From the NCBI GenBank assembly GCA_050692055.1, contig JBOGTC010000075.1, positions 4,438 to 68,437 of the forward strand: 64,000 nt of DNA, written 5' to 3'. The notes beneath the pieces are model-generated. The model was not told the origin of the DNA and did not search any database. It saw only the letters and a list, made by a program, of their open reading frames with translations. The DNA is from Candidatus Limnocylindria bacterium (lineage in GTDB: Bacteria; Chloroflexota; Limnocylindria; QHBO01). Positions 18,119 to 28,684 of the stretch are shown one piece after another (position 1 is the first letter of the stretch; each line of letters starts with the position of its first letter). Both the position numbers and the translations under genes were made by a program.

Positions 18119-18715
18119 TCAGCCCGTGGCCCGAGCGCGGTCGAGCCCGCCCTTGAGGCTTCGGTACGCGGCGCGCAGCAGCTGGGCGACCTTGGGCCAG
18201 TAGGTCTGTCCGCGCCCGGCCGGCCCATCGGGGTCGGCATTCGCACCGCGGTCTCGGATCTCCGCGGCCAGGCCGCGAAGTCTGCCGGCCTCGGCCACGA
18301 CGGCATCGGGCACACCGTAGAGCGCGCTGTACAGCGCGATGATCGCCTCGCCGGCGGCCGCCCCCGCGGTCTCCCCGATCTCTCGGCGTACGACCCACCA
18401 TCGCAGCTCGCGGCGCGCGACCTCGCCGACGCGATCTGCCTCGACACCCAGGGCCTGATAGCCGCGCTCGATGTCGGGCAGGGATCGATCGTAGTCGCCG
18501 GTCGACCTGCCGAACCGGGACGCGGCACGGGCCAGCCAGAATGCGGCCGCCACGGCCTGCGGCCACCCGGCGCGCGCCTGCTCGCGGTTCACCAGGACGA
18601 GGAGAGCGAAGAGACGTGCCGGCTGCCTGCGGTAGTAGGCCTTCCACGCGCGCAGCTCCATCCGGGCGAGACGATCCGGTTCGAAGTCGCGCCCCCACTC
18701 GGCAGCAGGCGCCAT
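18119..18715 (-). CDS. Hypothetical protein
   Basis: 198-aa ORF with balanced composition. No family recognised. Confidence 0.4.
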   Translation of the reverse strand: MAPAAEWGRDFEPDRLARMELRAWKAYYRRQPARLFALLVLVNREQARAGWPQAVAAAFWLARAASRFGRSTGDYDRSLPDIERGYQALGVEADRVGEVARRELRWWVVRREIGETAGAAAGEAIIALYSALYGVPDAVVAEAGRLRGLAAEIRDRGANADPDGPAGRGQTYWPKVAQLLRAAYRSLKGGLDRARATG

Positions 18716-18818
18716 GCGCGGATTATCAGAGCAAGGTCAACGGTCGGCATATCCGAAGCCGCGCGGGTGATTCTGGACGCTATGCCGCAGAGGAGTGTTG
18801 GGGCGAGCGCTACGCAAA

Positions 18819-18870
18819 GCCGCCGAAGTCGCCGCCGCCGAAGTCGCCGCCGCCGCCGAAGTCGCCGCCA
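18819..18870. repeat. Tandem 15-bp repeat (GCCGAAGTCGCCGCC x3), intergenic
   Basis: Seen directly: gccgaagtcgccgccgccgaagtcgccgccgccgccgaagtcgccgcc. Confidence 0.6.
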
Positions 18871-18974
18871 TAGTCGCCTGCGTCGACGTCACCGCCGGGA
18901 TCGCCCTCGGCCGACCCGGCGTCGCCAGCTTCGGCATCGGCTCCGGAGTTGTCCTCGTATCTGAGCGGTCGCAT

Positions 18975-19907
18975 CTACGGTGAGCTGACGGCCCGCGCCG
19001 ACTCCACGACGAATTGGGCACGACACGCGAGCACCGACGCCTCCGGAGCGTCGCCGAAGGTGCAGCTCTGGGCCGCTGGATGATCGAATCGGCCGGTCAC
19101 TTCCACCGACTGGCCGCGGGCCGGCATCACGACGCCGGATGCCGGATCGATCGCCAGCACAAGGCCCGGGCCGAAGAAGCCGGTGGCGGGGTCCAGCACG
19201 ATGTGCTCATAGCCGAGGTTGCAGCCGATCCACGAGAGCTCGGACGGCACGTCAGGGCAGGCGCCACCCAGTCCCGCATCCTCGGGGATCTCCGGGTAGT
19301 AGCCCGCGACCGCGTGATCCGTTCCGCCGTAGCAAGCAAGATACGTGTACGTCTGGACCGAGTACACGAAGTCATCCGTCAGCCCTGCGCTCGGCCATGG
19401 CGGGCAGTCGGGCTGGGTGGGCACCAGCCAAGAGTCACCATCGGCACCATCCGTCGCAGCCCAGCCGAACCAGGTCGGACACGCGAAGGGGTCGGTCTCG
19501 ATCGGCGTGGTGCAGCCCGATGCCTGCGGCAGGCCGAGCCCGCTCAGCAGGTACCAGTCATACCCGTCGGCGGAAACCGGTCCGCTCACCACGAATGAGC
19601 TGCTTCCGATTGCCAGCGTGCCGAGGGACTGGCCGGCGAGGCCCGGCTCCTCCCGAAGTCGCAGACCCTCGACGGTCGTCTGGGCCAACCCATCCACCGC
19701 AAGGGGGACCGGTGCGGCTGCTGGGCTCTCCGATGGCTCCGCCGACGGCAGTGCGCTCGCCGATGGCGACGGCTCCGGACTGGACGAAGCCGGCGCCTCC
19801 GTGGACGGCGGTGGAGGCGATGGCTCGCTGTCTGGAGAGTCCGCGGCCGGGACCGCGGCACAGCCGGCCAGCAGTGCAATCAGCAGGATCGAGATGCCTC
19901 GGGACAT
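18975..19907 (-). CDS. Secreted lipoprotein with Pro/Ser-rich linker and Cys-rich C-terminal domain, hypothetical
   Basis: MSRGISILLIALLAGCAAV lipobox. 10 Cys in the C-terminal domain suggest disulfides. Confidence 0.5.
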   Translation of the reverse strand: MSRGISILLIALLAGCAAVPAADSPDSEPSPPPPSTEAPASSSPEPSPSASALPSAEPSESPAAAPVPLAVDGLAQTTVEGLRLREEPGLAGQSLGTLAIGSSSFVVSGPVSADGYDWYLLSGLGLPQASGCTTPIETDPFACPTWFGWAATDGADGDSWLVPTQPDCPPWPSAGLTDDFVYSVQTYTYLACYGGTDHAVAGYYPEIPEDAGLGGACPDVPSELSWIGCNLGYEHIVLDPATGFFGPGLVLAIDPASGVVMPARGQSVEVTGRFDHPAAQSCTFGDAPEASVLACRAQFVVESARAVSSP

Positions 19908-20118
19908 GAAACGATTCCCTTGCGAAATAGAGATGGGCGCACACTAGCAGCGAACACTGCGGTGGCAATGCGGTACCGGCTCCTCGGCTGGTGGAGCGGT
20001 CTTACGCTGGCGATTCCCAGGCGATCGCGGCGACCTCGACAGCCTCGGTGAGCCCCTTGAGCCTCAAGGTCTGGCGACCCTTGACCGAGATCGCGTCAAG
20101 CCGGACTACGATGGGAGC

Positions 20119-21033
20119 ATGCCAGCGCCGGCCCGGGCCGACCGGATCTCCCTCGCGACCTTCGCGGCGATCGCGCTGATCGGCGGCGGCAACGCGGTCG
20201 GCGTGGCCATCGCCGTCGATGAGCTCGATCCCGTCTGGGCCGCCGGGTTGCGCTTCCTCACGGCGGGCGCGGTGTTCGCGCTGATCCTGCTCGTCATGCG
20301 CATCCCGATTCCGCGCGGCAAGGCGCTCATCGGCTCCGCCATCTACGGGCTGCTCGGATTCTCCGCCGCGTTCGCGCTTCTGTCGTGGGGCCTGCAGGAA
20401 ACGCCGGCCGGCACCGCCCAGACGATCATCGCCCTCGTACCGCTGCTGACGCTGTTCCTGGCGGTGGGGCACGGGCTCGAGCGCTTCAGCTTTCAGGCGG
20501 TCATCGGCGCCCTCCTGGCATTCGGCGGCCTGGTCTACCTGGTTGCCGACAGGATCGCCGTGGACGTGCCGCCGATCTCGATGCTGGCGGTTGTCGGCGG
20601 CGCGGCATTCCTGGCCGAGTCCGGTGTCGTGCTCAAGCTCACGCCGCGCACGCACCCGGTGGCCACCAACGCTGTGGGCATGCTCGCCGGGGCGGTGGTA
20701 CTGCTGGTGCTGTCGGCGGCCATCGGCGACGAATGGATCCTACCGTCGCAAGCGGACACGTGGGCGGCCATGGTCTTCCTGGTCGTCGGCGGCTCGCTCG
20801 CCGTGTTCGGCCTGTTCGTGTTCCTGCTGGGCCGATGGCAGGCCTCGTCGGTCTCGTACGTCCTGCTCGTCATGCCGCTGGCGACGATCGTGTACTCGGC
20901 GATCCTGACCGGAGAGCCGATCACGCCGGCCCTCTTCATCGGCGGCGCGATCATCCTCGGTGGAGTCTACATCGGCGCCCTGGCGCCCCGCCGCCGGGCC
21001 ATGGCCTCCGAGGACGCGGCCACCTCATCCTGA
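20119..21033 (+). CDS. EamA/DMT-family transporter
   Basis: 304 aa, ten TM helices, duplicated EamA halves. Confidence 0.75.
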   Translation: MPAPARADRISLATFAAIALIGGGNAVGVAIAVDELDPVWAAGLRFLTAGAVFALILLVMRIPIPRGKALIGSAIYGLLGFSAAFALLSWGLQETPAGTAQTIIALVPLLTLFLAVGHGLERFSFQAVIGALLAFGGLVYLVADRIAVDVPPISMLAVVGGAAFLAESGVVLKLTPRTHPVATNAVGMLAGAVVLLVLSAAIGDEWILPSQADTWAAMVFLVVGGSLAVFGLFVFLLGRWQASSVSYVLLVMPLATIVYSAILTGEPITPALFIGGAIILGGVYIGALAPRRRAMASEDAATSS

Positions 21034-21268
21034 GCGGCCGTCGGCCCACGGCGCGCGGGCGGCACGAGCGGGCCGGCAGCCTTCAGGGTCCGTCGGCTAC
21101 CGATCGACCTGCGCGCGCGAGCTTCTCGACTGGGCACCTGGACGGTAGGCCACCGGCCGTGGCGGTGCGATACTGTCTGGATCGTCGCACGTGGCAGAGC
21201 CCAGCACGTACGCGACGCCGCCTATGCCGGTGTGGCTCCCGAGTCGTTCCGCAGGAGGTCCCAGTCAG

Positions 21269-22339
21269 ATGGACGTTCGACGCATCCAGGCTTCCACCCA
21301 CCACAGGCCCTTCGGCGGCGGCGCACTCGCGCTCGTCACGAGCGTCGTGCTGCTCCTGAGCGCATGCGGAGGCGCAGCGACGCCCGCCGGCGAAGACGGC
21401 GGCGATGACGTCCTCACCGTAGTTGGCGCCTACGCCACGCAGATCGAGGAGCCATGGGACGGCGTGATCCACACGGCCCTCGAGGCCGAGGTGGCCGCCG
21501 GCCGGATCGAGTACAGCTTCGTCGACGACATCGGCTACGCCGGCGACATGGAGCGCGTCCTGCGCGAGACTGCCGAGCAGGACCAGCCCGACATCATCTT
21601 CGGGGACGCGTTCGGCAACGAGGAGGCCGCCCGCGCGGTGGCCGCCGACTATCCCGACATCGCCTTCGTCTTCGGCTCGGGTGGCGGACCCGCCGAGCCG
21701 AACTTCTCGGTCTTCGACAACTGGATCCACGAGCCGGCGTACCTGGCCGGCATGATCGCCGGCGGCGTCACCGAGTCGAACATCCTGGGCGTCGTGGGCG
21801 GCTACCCCGTGCCGGAGGTCAACCGAATCACGAACGCCTTCATCGCCGGTGCGCAGGAGACGAACCCCGACGTCGAGGTGCTGGTCACGTTCCTCAACAG
21901 CTGGTTCGATCCGGCGGCGGCCAAGGAGGCGGCGCTGGCCCAGGTCGGCGCGGGCGCCGACGTGCTCTTCGCCGAGCGCTTCGGGGTCATCGAGGCGGCC
22001 CAGGAGAACGACCTCGTCGCCATCGGCAACATGAGCGACCAGGAGGAGCTGGCGCCCGGCCACGTGGCGACGAGCGTGACCTGGAACATGACCCCCACCG
22101 TGGAGTACGTGATCGACCAGGTCATCGCGGGCTCGTACACCGCCCAGGACCTCAAGGACTTCTCGATGGTCGCCAAGGGCGGGGCCGCGCTGGCACCCAT
22201 CAACGTCGACGTGCCGGGCGGCATCCCGGACGACCTGGCCGCCCAGGTCTCGGCCCGCGAGGCGGAGATCAACGCCGGCACGTTCCGCGTCGACATCAAC
22301 GAGGCCACGCCCCCGGGCTCGACGATCCCAGACGCTTAG
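21269..22339 (+). CDS. BMP-family (PnrA/Med-like) nucleoside ABC transporter substrate-binding lipoprotein
   Basis: Internal ATG after AGGAGG. MDVRRIQASTHHRPFGGGALALVTSVVLLLSACGG lipoprotein signal. Remainder typical of the basic membrane lipoprotein family. Confidence 0.8.
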   Translation: MDVRRIQASTHHRPFGGGALALVTSVVLLLSACGGAATPAGEDGGDDVLTVVGAYATQIEEPWDGVIHTALEAEVAAGRIEYSFVDDIGYAGDMERVLRETAEQDQPDIIFGDAFGNEEAARAVAADYPDIAFVFGSGGGPAEPNFSVFDNWIHEPAYLAGMIAGGVTESNILGVVGGYPVPEVNRITNAFIAGAQETNPDVEVLVTFLNSWFDPAAAKEAALAQVGAGADVLFAERFGVIEAAQENDLVAIGNMSDQEELAPGHVATSVTWNMTPTVEYVIDQVIAGSYTAQDLKDFSMVAKGGAALAPINVDVPGGIPDDLAAQVSAREAEINAGTFRVDINEATPPGSTIPDA

Positions 22340-22352
22340 CCACGGCCCGCGC

Positions 22353-23861
22353 GTGATCGACAGCGCGCCGGCCCTGGAGCTGCGCGGCATCACCAAGCGG
22401 TTCGGGGACCTCGTCGCCAACGACGCCATCGACTTCGACATCCGCGGCGGCGAGGTCCACGCCCTGCTCGGGGAGAACGGGGCGGGCAAGACGACCGTCA
22501 TGCGCATCGCCTACGGGCTGACGCAGGCGGACGCGGGCGAGATCCTGGTGGGCGGCCGGCCCCTCGCTGTCAGATCGCCGCGCGACGCGATCACCGCAGG
22601 CATCGGCATGGTCACGCAGCACTTTGCGCTGGTGCGGCCGATGACGGTGGCGGAGAACCTGGCCCTCGGTCGCTCAGGCGGCCTGCGGCTGGACCGGGGG
22701 GAGGCTCGGCGGCGCGCCGCACGCGCCTCGGAGCGCTTCGGGATCCGCGTCGATCCAGCGGCCCGCGTGGAGGATCTGTCGGTCGGACAACAGCAGCGCG
22801 TCGAGATCCTGAAGGCGCGGTCGCGCGACTGCCGGATCCTCATCCTCGACGAGCCTACCGCGGTCCTGGTGCCGGGCGAGGTCGAGGCGCTGTTCGCCAC
22901 CCTGCGCTCCCTGGTCGCCGGCGGGCTGTCGGTCGTGTTCATCAGCCACAAGCTCGGCGAGGTGCGCGCCATCAGCGACCGCGTAAGCGTGCTCCGTCGC
23001 GGCGAGCTGATCGGGACAGTCGACGGCGGGACCGATGAGCGCGAGCTCGCGCGGATGATGGTCGGGCGGCCCACCTTCGGCGTCGAACGACCGACCGACG
23101 CCCCCGGCCCGTCCGGCGAGCCCATGCTCCGCATCCGCGGGTTGCACGTCGCCGGACCGCATGGGCTTTCGGCCCTGTCCGACGTGTCGCTCGACGTTCG
23201 CGGCGGCGAGGTCCTGGGGGTGGCCGGCGTCTCCGGCAACGGCCAGAGCGAGCTGGTGGAGGTCCTCTCCGGCATGCGGCGACCCACAGCGGGATCGGTC
23301 TCCGTTGGCGACGTCGAGCTGGCGGGGGTCGATCCCGGACGGATGACAGCTGCGCGCGTGGGTCGGATCCCGGAGGACAGGCATGCCAGCCTGGTCGGTG
23401 ACCTCTCGGTCGCGTACAACCTGGTGCTGGAGCACCTGGACGAGTTCCGGCGCGACGGGCGCATCGACGAGCGGAGGATCCACGATCACGCCGCCGATCT
23501 GATCGCGCGCTTCGACATCCGTGCGCGTCCGGACGACCGGGTTGCCACGCTGTCCGGCGGCAACATCCAGAAGGTGCTCCTGGCGCGCGTCCTTTCGCGC
23601 GACCCGCGGGTGCTGGTGGTATCGCAGCCGACGCGCGGCCTGGACGTCGGGGCGACCGAATACGTGCGCTCACAGCTCCTCGCGCGCCGGCGGGACGGGG
23701 CCGCCATCCTCCTCGTCTCGGAGGACCTCGATGAGCTGCTCGCCCTGGCCGATCGGCTGATCGTCGTCTACGAGGGCCGGATCGTGGGCGAGATGGCCGG
23801 AGCCGATGCGGACCTCGAGCGCCTGGGGATGCTCATGGCGGGCCGCGGCAGGGCCGCCTGA
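22353..23861 (+). CDS. ABC transporter ATP-binding protein with duplicated ATPase domains
   Basis: Walker A GENGAGKTT, signature LSVGQQQRVEIL, second domain LSGGNIQKVLLAR. Confidence 0.85.
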   Translation: MIDSAPALELRGITKRFGDLVANDAIDFDIRGGEVHALLGENGAGKTTVMRIAYGLTQADAGEILVGGRPLAVRSPRDAITAGIGMVTQHFALVRPMTVAENLALGRSGGLRLDRGEARRRAARASERFGIRVDPAARVEDLSVGQQQRVEILKARSRDCRILILDEPTAVLVPGEVEALFATLRSLVAGGLSVVFISHKLGEVRAISDRVSVLRRGELIGTVDGGTDERELARMMVGRPTFGVERPTDAPGPSGEPMLRIRGLHVAGPHGLSALSDVSLDVRGGEVLGVAGVSGNGQSELVEVLSGMRRPTAGSVSVGDVELAGVDPGRMTAARVGRIPEDRHASLVGDLSVAYNLVLEHLDEFRRDGRIDERRIHDHAADLIARFDIRARPDDRVATLSGGNIQKVLLARVLSRDPRVLVVSQPTRGLDVGATEYVRSQLLARRRDGAAILLVSEDLDELLALADRLIVVYEGRIVGEMAGADADLERLGMLMAGRGRAA

Positions 23862-24952
23862 TGCGGATCTCGCCCTGGTCGACGCCGGTCCTCGTCGTCG
23901 CCGCCGTCCTCATCACGTTCGCCATCACGGCCGGCCCCATCATCCTCGCCGGCGCGAACCCGATCGAGGCCTACGGCGCGTACCTCGTCGCGCCGCTGAC
24001 CTCGCAGTTCACCCTGCTCGAGGTCCTCGTCACCGCCACGCCCATCATGCTGACGGGGGCGGCCGTGGCGATCGCGTTCCGGGCCGGGTACTGGAACATC
24101 GGCGCCGAGGGACAGCTGCTGCTTGGCGCGATTGCTGCGGCCGGCATCGGCACCCTCGTCGGCGGCCTGCCGCCGATCGTGGCGCTGCCGATCATGATCG
24201 CCGGCGGTGCGCTGGCCGGCGGCGTGTGGGCGCTCGTGCCGGCACTGCTGCGGGTGCGCTTCGGGATCGACGAGGTGGTCACGACCCTGCTCCTCAACCC
24301 GGTGGCGCTGCTGCTCGTCAACGGCCTGCTCCACGGGCCGTGGCGCGACCCGGCCACCGGCTTTCCCGAGTCGCCGCGGATCGCCGCCGCGGCCGAGTTC
24401 CCGGCGCTCATCGATCGATCGCGCCTGCACCTCGGCTTCCTGCTGGCGCTGGTCGTGATCGGAGTCGCGTGGTACGTGCTCGCCCGCACCCCCACCGGCC
24501 TGCGGCTGCGGGCTGCCGGGCTGAGCCCACACGGCGCCCGCTTCGCGGGCATCAACGTCTCCCGCACGCTCCTGGGGGCCGCGCTCGTCAGCGGCGCCAT
24601 CGCCGGCATCGCCGGCGTGAGCGAGGTGGCCGGCATCCAGAACCGGCTGACCGGCGGCCTCTCGCCCGGCTACGGCTACACCGGGATCGTGGTCGCCACG
24701 CTCGGGGCCCTCACCATGCCCGGGGTGGCGCTGGCCGGCCTCTTCCTGGGCGACCTCGCCGTCGGCGCCAGCTCGGCCGCCCGGTCGCTGGGCATCCCGT
24801 CGCAGCTCGGCGCCGTGGTGCAGGGGGTCCTGCTCCTCACCACCGTCGCCCTGCTCGCCGTGCGGCGCCATCGGGCCAGTGCCAGGCGTATCGAGGGTGG
24901 GGACGCGGGCTCGGTCACCGGCGACGTCGCCGCTGAGGGGCGGCCCGGATGA
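23861..24952 (+). CDS. ABC transporter permease (nucleoside/sugar type)
   Basis: Start overlaps ATPase stop (ATGA). Polytopic membrane protein. Confidence 0.8.
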   Translation: MRISPWSTPVLVVAAVLITFAITAGPIILAGANPIEAYGAYLVAPLTSQFTLLEVLVTATPIMLTGAAVAIAFRAGYWNIGAEGQLLLGAIAAAGIGTLVGGLPPIVALPIMIAGGALAGGVWALVPALLRVRFGIDEVVTTLLLNPVALLLVNGLLHGPWRDPATGFPESPRIAAAAEFPALIDRSRLHLGFLLALVVIGVAWYVLARTPTGLRLRAAGLSPHGARFAGINVSRTLLGAALVSGAIAGIAGVSEVAGIQNRLTGGLSPGYGYTGIVVATLGALTMPGVALAGLFLGDLAVGASSAARSLGIPSQLGAVVQGVLLLTTVALLAVRRHRASARRIEGGDAGSVTGDVAAEGRPG

Positions 24953-25863
24953 CGTTCCTCGTCGATCTGCTCGCCGCCACGCTGCGCAACGCCACGCCGC
25001 TCGTGTACGGCACCGTGGGCGAGACCTATGCCGAGCGCAGCGGGGTCCTCAACCTGGGCATCGAGGGCACGATGTACGCCGGCGCGTTCGCAGGCTTCGC
25101 CACGGCCTGGGTCACCGGATCGCCGCTCCTCGGCCTCCTGGCGGCCATCGTCGTGGGCCTCGGTGCCGGCGCGATCATGAGCCTGCTGACGGTGACCTTC
25201 GGCGCGAACCAGCACGTCTCGGGGATCGGCCTGACCATCGGCCTCATCGGTCTCTCGGAGTTTGCGAACCGGCTGATCTTCCAGGGCGGCGAGCTGCAGC
25301 GCATCGAGCCAATGCCGATCGTCAACCCGCTCGGCGGCCTTGGCGAGATCGGCGCGGTCTTCGACCAGTACGCGCTGACCTGGATCGCGTTCGGAGTGAT
25401 CGTGCCCGCCGCTTGGTGGGTCCTCCAGCGCTCGAGTTTCGGCCTCGAGATCCGGGCCGTGGGCGAGAACCCCGAGGCCGCGGATGCGGCCGGGGTCAAC
25501 GTCGCCCGCACGCGCTACCTGGCGCTCATGATCGGCGGCGCGCTGATGGCCATCGGCGGCGCCTTCTTCACGCTCGCCCTGCTGGGCAGCTTCACGCTCG
25601 ACATCATCGCCGGCCGCGGGTGGGTCTGCGTGGCGCTCGTCATCTTCGGGCGCTGGCGCATCGGTCGCGGTGTCATCGGCGCGCTGCTCTTCTCGCTCAT
25701 CTTCTCGCTCCAGTTCCGGCTACGCATCCTGCCCGGCTTCGGCGAGCTGCCCTTCGAGCTGCTGCTGGCGCTCCCCTACCTCGTCGTCATCGGCGCCCTG
25801 GCCCTCTCCGGCCGCAACGTCGCGTACCCCGGCGCCTACCTCAAGCCGTATCGGCGCAGCTGA
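24949..25863 (+). CDS. ABC transporter permease (second subunit)
   Basis: Start overlaps previous stop. Polytopic membrane protein. Confidence 0.8.
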   Translation: MTFLVDLLAATLRNATPLVYGTVGETYAERSGVLNLGIEGTMYAGAFAGFATAWVTGSPLLGLLAAIVVGLGAGAIMSLLTVTFGANQHVSGIGLTIGLIGLSEFANRLIFQGGELQRIEPMPIVNPLGGLGEIGAVFDQYALTWIAFGVIVPAAWWVLQRSSFGLEIRAVGENPEAADAAGVNVARTRYLALMIGGALMAIGGAFFTLALLGSFTLDIIAGRGWVCVALVIFGRWRIGRGVIGALLFSLIFSLQFRLRILPGFGELPFELLLALPYLVVIGALALSGRNVAYPGAYLKPYRRS

Positions 25864-25879
25864 CCCACAAGGAGGACCG

Positions 25880-26341
25880 ATGGGGACCGATGATCGCGAC
25901 CGCAAGGGCCTGCAGTGCGCCATCGAGCAGGCCAAGATCGGCCGATCGGAGGGTGGCGTGCCGATCGGCGGCGCGCTGGTCGCCGATGACGGCACCGTCC
26001 TCGGCGTCGGCCGCAACCGACGGGTGCAGCAGGGCAGCGCGATCCGCCACGGCGAGACCGATGCGCTCGAGAACGCCGGACGCCTGCCGGCGTCCGTCTA
26101 CCGCCGCGCCACGATGTACACGACCCTGTCGCCGTGCGACATGTGCACCGGCGCGATCCTGCTCTACGGCATCCCGCGCGTGGTGCTGGGCGAGAACCGG
26201 ACCTTCGTGGGCGGCGAGGACTACCTGCGTTCCCGTGGTGTCGAGGTCGTCAACCTCGACTCGGAGGAGTGCGTCGCGCTCATGAACGAGTTCATCGCCG
26301 CTCATCCCGAGATCTGGAACGAGGACATCGGCGAGGAATAG
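25880..26341 (+). CDS. CDA-family nucleoside/nucleobase deaminase (cytosine/guanine deaminase-like)
   Basis: ATG after AAGGAGG. HGETDALENA (H[AC]E) and TLSPCDMCTGAI (PCxxC) zinc motifs of cytidine/deoxycytidylate deaminase fold. Last gene of the nucleoside ABC operon. Confidence 0.7.
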   Translation: MGTDDRDRKGLQCAIEQAKIGRSEGGVPIGGALVADDGTVLGVGRNRRVQQGSAIRHGETDALENAGRLPASVYRRATMYTTLSPCDMCTGAILLYGIPRVVLGENRTFVGGEDYLRSRGVEVVNLDSEECVALMNEFIAAHPEIWNEDIGEE

Positions 26342-26455
26342 TTCAGTCCATCGGGGCCGACTCCCCGTTCTTGCGCCCCGTGCACGTAACTCCGAAGGAG
26401 CGCGCGATTCGGGCCTCTGCTTGATCGTTTCGACGTTGGATTCGAGCGTGGGAGA

Positions 26456-27163
26456 ATGGCAAACGACGTGGCCCTCAGTACGACCGCCGTTGGCGCCCTG
26501 GTCGCATCGATCGGCCTGGGGATGATCAGCAACCTGCTCTTCCTGGCGGCGTTTCAGTTCCGCATCGATTGGTTCCTCGAGCCGGCACAGATCATTGGCG
26601 CCGGCGCGACCTCGGCGGAGCTGCTGCGATGGGCGTCGACCCTAGACCTGCTCGGCTACTACCTCGCGAGCGCCGTCCTCGCCTACGTGCTGTGGCGCGT
26701 GCTGAGACCGCGGAATCCGCTGCTCGCCGACCTCTCAGCCATGGCCGCCTTCGGCTACGCGCTCGCCGGTGGCACCGGAGCAGCGGTCCTGGCGATGGTT
26801 GGGCCGATGCTGATGCATGACTACGCGGCGGCAGCTCCCGCCCAGCAGGCGGTGATCGCCGGCGAGCTCAAGATCCTCTTCGAGGTGGTTTGGCGATCGA
26901 TCTGGCAGTTCCTGGACGGCATCCTCGTGGCGGCATGGTGGCTTGGAATCGGGTTGCTCGTGCGCCCTGACCAACCCGGGCTCTCGCGGCTGTCGCTGGT
27001 TCTCTCGGCAGCGGCCGCCATCGGTGTCGTCTTCAATGTTCTCGGCCTGGGCATCGCCCGTGATGCGTTGCTCGGCGTGGTCTTCACGCTGTGGACGGCC
27101 TGGTGGATCTGGCTGCTGATGCTGTTCCTGCGTCGACGAGCGCCCTTCCAGGCCTCGCCATGA
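26456..27163 (+). CDS. Hypothetical polytopic membrane protein
   Basis: 235 aa, ~6 TM helices, GGGAGA RBS. Confidence 0.5.
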   Translation: MANDVALSTTAVGALVASIGLGMISNLLFLAAFQFRIDWFLEPAQIIGAGATSAELLRWASTLDLLGYYLASAVLAYVLWRVLRPRNPLLADLSAMAAFGYALAGGTGAAVLAMVGPMLMHDYAAAAPAQQAVIAGELKILFEVVWRSIWQFLDGILVAAWWLGIGLLVRPDQPGLSRLSLVLSAAAAIGVVFNVLGLGIARDALLGVVFTLWTAWWIWLLMLFLRRRAPFQASP

Positions 27164-28107
27164 GATCCTCGGACGATCAAGCGGTCATCGACTGGCTCCT
27201 CGACTCCGAGGAGCCGGCCATCCGCCGCCTGGTGCGCCGCGACCTGCTCGACGAGCCCGCCGACGACGGGGCCGAGCTTCTCGACGGACGCATCATCCGA
27301 GCCCTTCTCGACGGCCAGCAGCCGGACGGCGGCTTCGGAGGCCACCCGTACAACAAGTGGGGCGGGGCGCACTGGCGGCTCGTCTCGCTCGTCGAGCTCG
27401 GCATCCCGGCCGGCGATCGGGCGCTGGCCGCGGTCGAGACGGTGCTCGCCTGGCTCACGGGCACCTCGCACCGCCGCAACGTTCCGGTCATCGAAGGGCT
27501 GGCGCGCCGATGCGGCTCACAGGAGGGCAACGCGCTGGCCGTTGCCTGCCGGCTCGGCATGGCCGACGACCCGCGAGTTCGGCTGCTGGCCACCTCGCTC
27601 ATCGGCTGGCAGTGGCCGGACGGCGGCTGGAACTGCGATCGTCGGCCGGACGCGCATCGGTCCTCCTTTCACGAGACCCATCCGCCCGTCTGGGGGCTGC
27701 ACGAGTACGCTCTCGCCACCGGAGACGGCGCTGCCGCGGAGGCAGCGCGGCGCGCCGCCGAGCTCCTGCTCGAGCACCGGCTCTTCAAGGCGCTGTCGAC
27801 GGGCGAGCCGATCCACCGCGAATGGATGACGCTGCACTGGCCGCCGTACTGGCACTACGACGTGCTTCAGGGGCTCATCCTCCTCGCTCGCATGGGCCTC
27901 GCGGGCGACCCGCGAACGGCGGACGCACTGGACCTGCTACGGCGACGACGGCAGCCGGACGGCCGCTGGCGGGCGAGCACGCGCTGGTGGAGGCCGCCGG
28001 GCGGCACGCGGGCCGCCGAGGCCGTCGACTGGCGTACCGACGACGCCGGGGACCGGATGGTCACCCTTCGAGCCCTCACCGTACTGCGCGCGGCCCGATC
28101 CGAATAA
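27160..28107 (+). CDS. Prenyltransferase/squalene-oxidase-repeat (terpenoid cyclase-like alpha/alpha toroid) protein
   Basis: ATG overlapping previous stop (ATGA). Repeated QxxDGGW/F motifs (QQPDGGFGG, QWPDGGWNC, RQPDGRWRA). Confidence 0.5.
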   Translation: MRSSDDQAVIDWLLDSEEPAIRRLVRRDLLDEPADDGAELLDGRIIRALLDGQQPDGGFGGHPYNKWGGAHWRLVSLVELGIPAGDRALAAVETVLAWLTGTSHRRNVPVIEGLARRCGSQEGNALAVACRLGMADDPRVRLLATSLIGWQWPDGGWNCDRRPDAHRSSFHETHPPVWGLHEYALATGDGAAAEAARRAAELLLEHRLFKALSTGEPIHREWMTLHWPPYWHYDVLQGLILLARMGLAGDPRTADALDLLRRRRQPDGRWRASTRWWRPPGGTRAAEAVDWRTDDAGDRMVTLRALTVLRAARSE

Positions 28108-28210
28108 AGGAGCGGGACAGGCGCCAACCGTGCGCTGACCGCATGCATCGGGTTGGGGATGAACCAGCAACCCCGCCAACTGCCGCCGTTCGCTGTCGGA
28201 TCAGGTCACC

Positions 28211-28684
28211 TCAGCCGAGGGGCTTGACCACCATCAGGAACACGATGAGGGCGATGGTGCCCTGGAGCGTCCAGGCTCCCAGGCGGGCGCGCCCATCGGC
28301 CACGACCGCGGCGAGCTCCGGGGAGGCGGCGCCGTCCGGACTGGCGGCGGCGGCCTGCTCCAGGCGGGCCACCCACGGATCAGTGATCGTGATACCGATG
28401 GCGACGGCGGCCACGAAGGCGACGTAGGCGGCGATCAGCCATGGCCGCAGAAGGTCGATCTGCCCGGTCAGCGCGGCGATGAACCCGAACACCACGCCGG
28501 CGAGGAAGAGGCCGGTCGCCATCGGTCCGGAGAGCGGCTTCACCTTCTCGACCGTGACGCGAATCGCGCGAACGTCACCCGTCTGGGCGACGCGGCGCAT
28601 GACCATCTCGCCGCTCAGCGCCAGCGCAACGGCGAAGAACATCGATACGACATGAGGGTACTTGAAGGCGACGAAGGCATCCAT
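28211..28684 (-). CDS. DUF2269-like membrane protein
   Basis: 157 aa, 4 TM helices. Confidence 0.5.
   Translation of the reverse strand: MDAFVAFKYPHVVSMFFAVALALSGEMVMRRVAQTGDVRAIRVTVEKVKPLSGPMATGLFLAGVVFGFIAALTGQIDLLRPWLIAAYVAFVAAVAIGITITDPWVARLEQAAAASPDGAASPELAAVVADGRARLGAWTLQGTIALIVFLMVVKPLG

Noticed and set aside
18780-18873. Arg-rich 31-codon ORF over the 15-bp tandem repeat
   Set aside because: Pure consequence of the GCCGAAGTCGCCGCC repeat. No RBS.
21083-22507. 474-aa minus-strand ORF
   Set aside because: Antisense to the BMP solute-binding-protein gene. Arg/Gly/Asp-rich.
28120-28180. GGGTTG...CAACCC hairpin between convergent genes as terminator
   Set aside because: Short stem without U-tract. 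Left unannotated.
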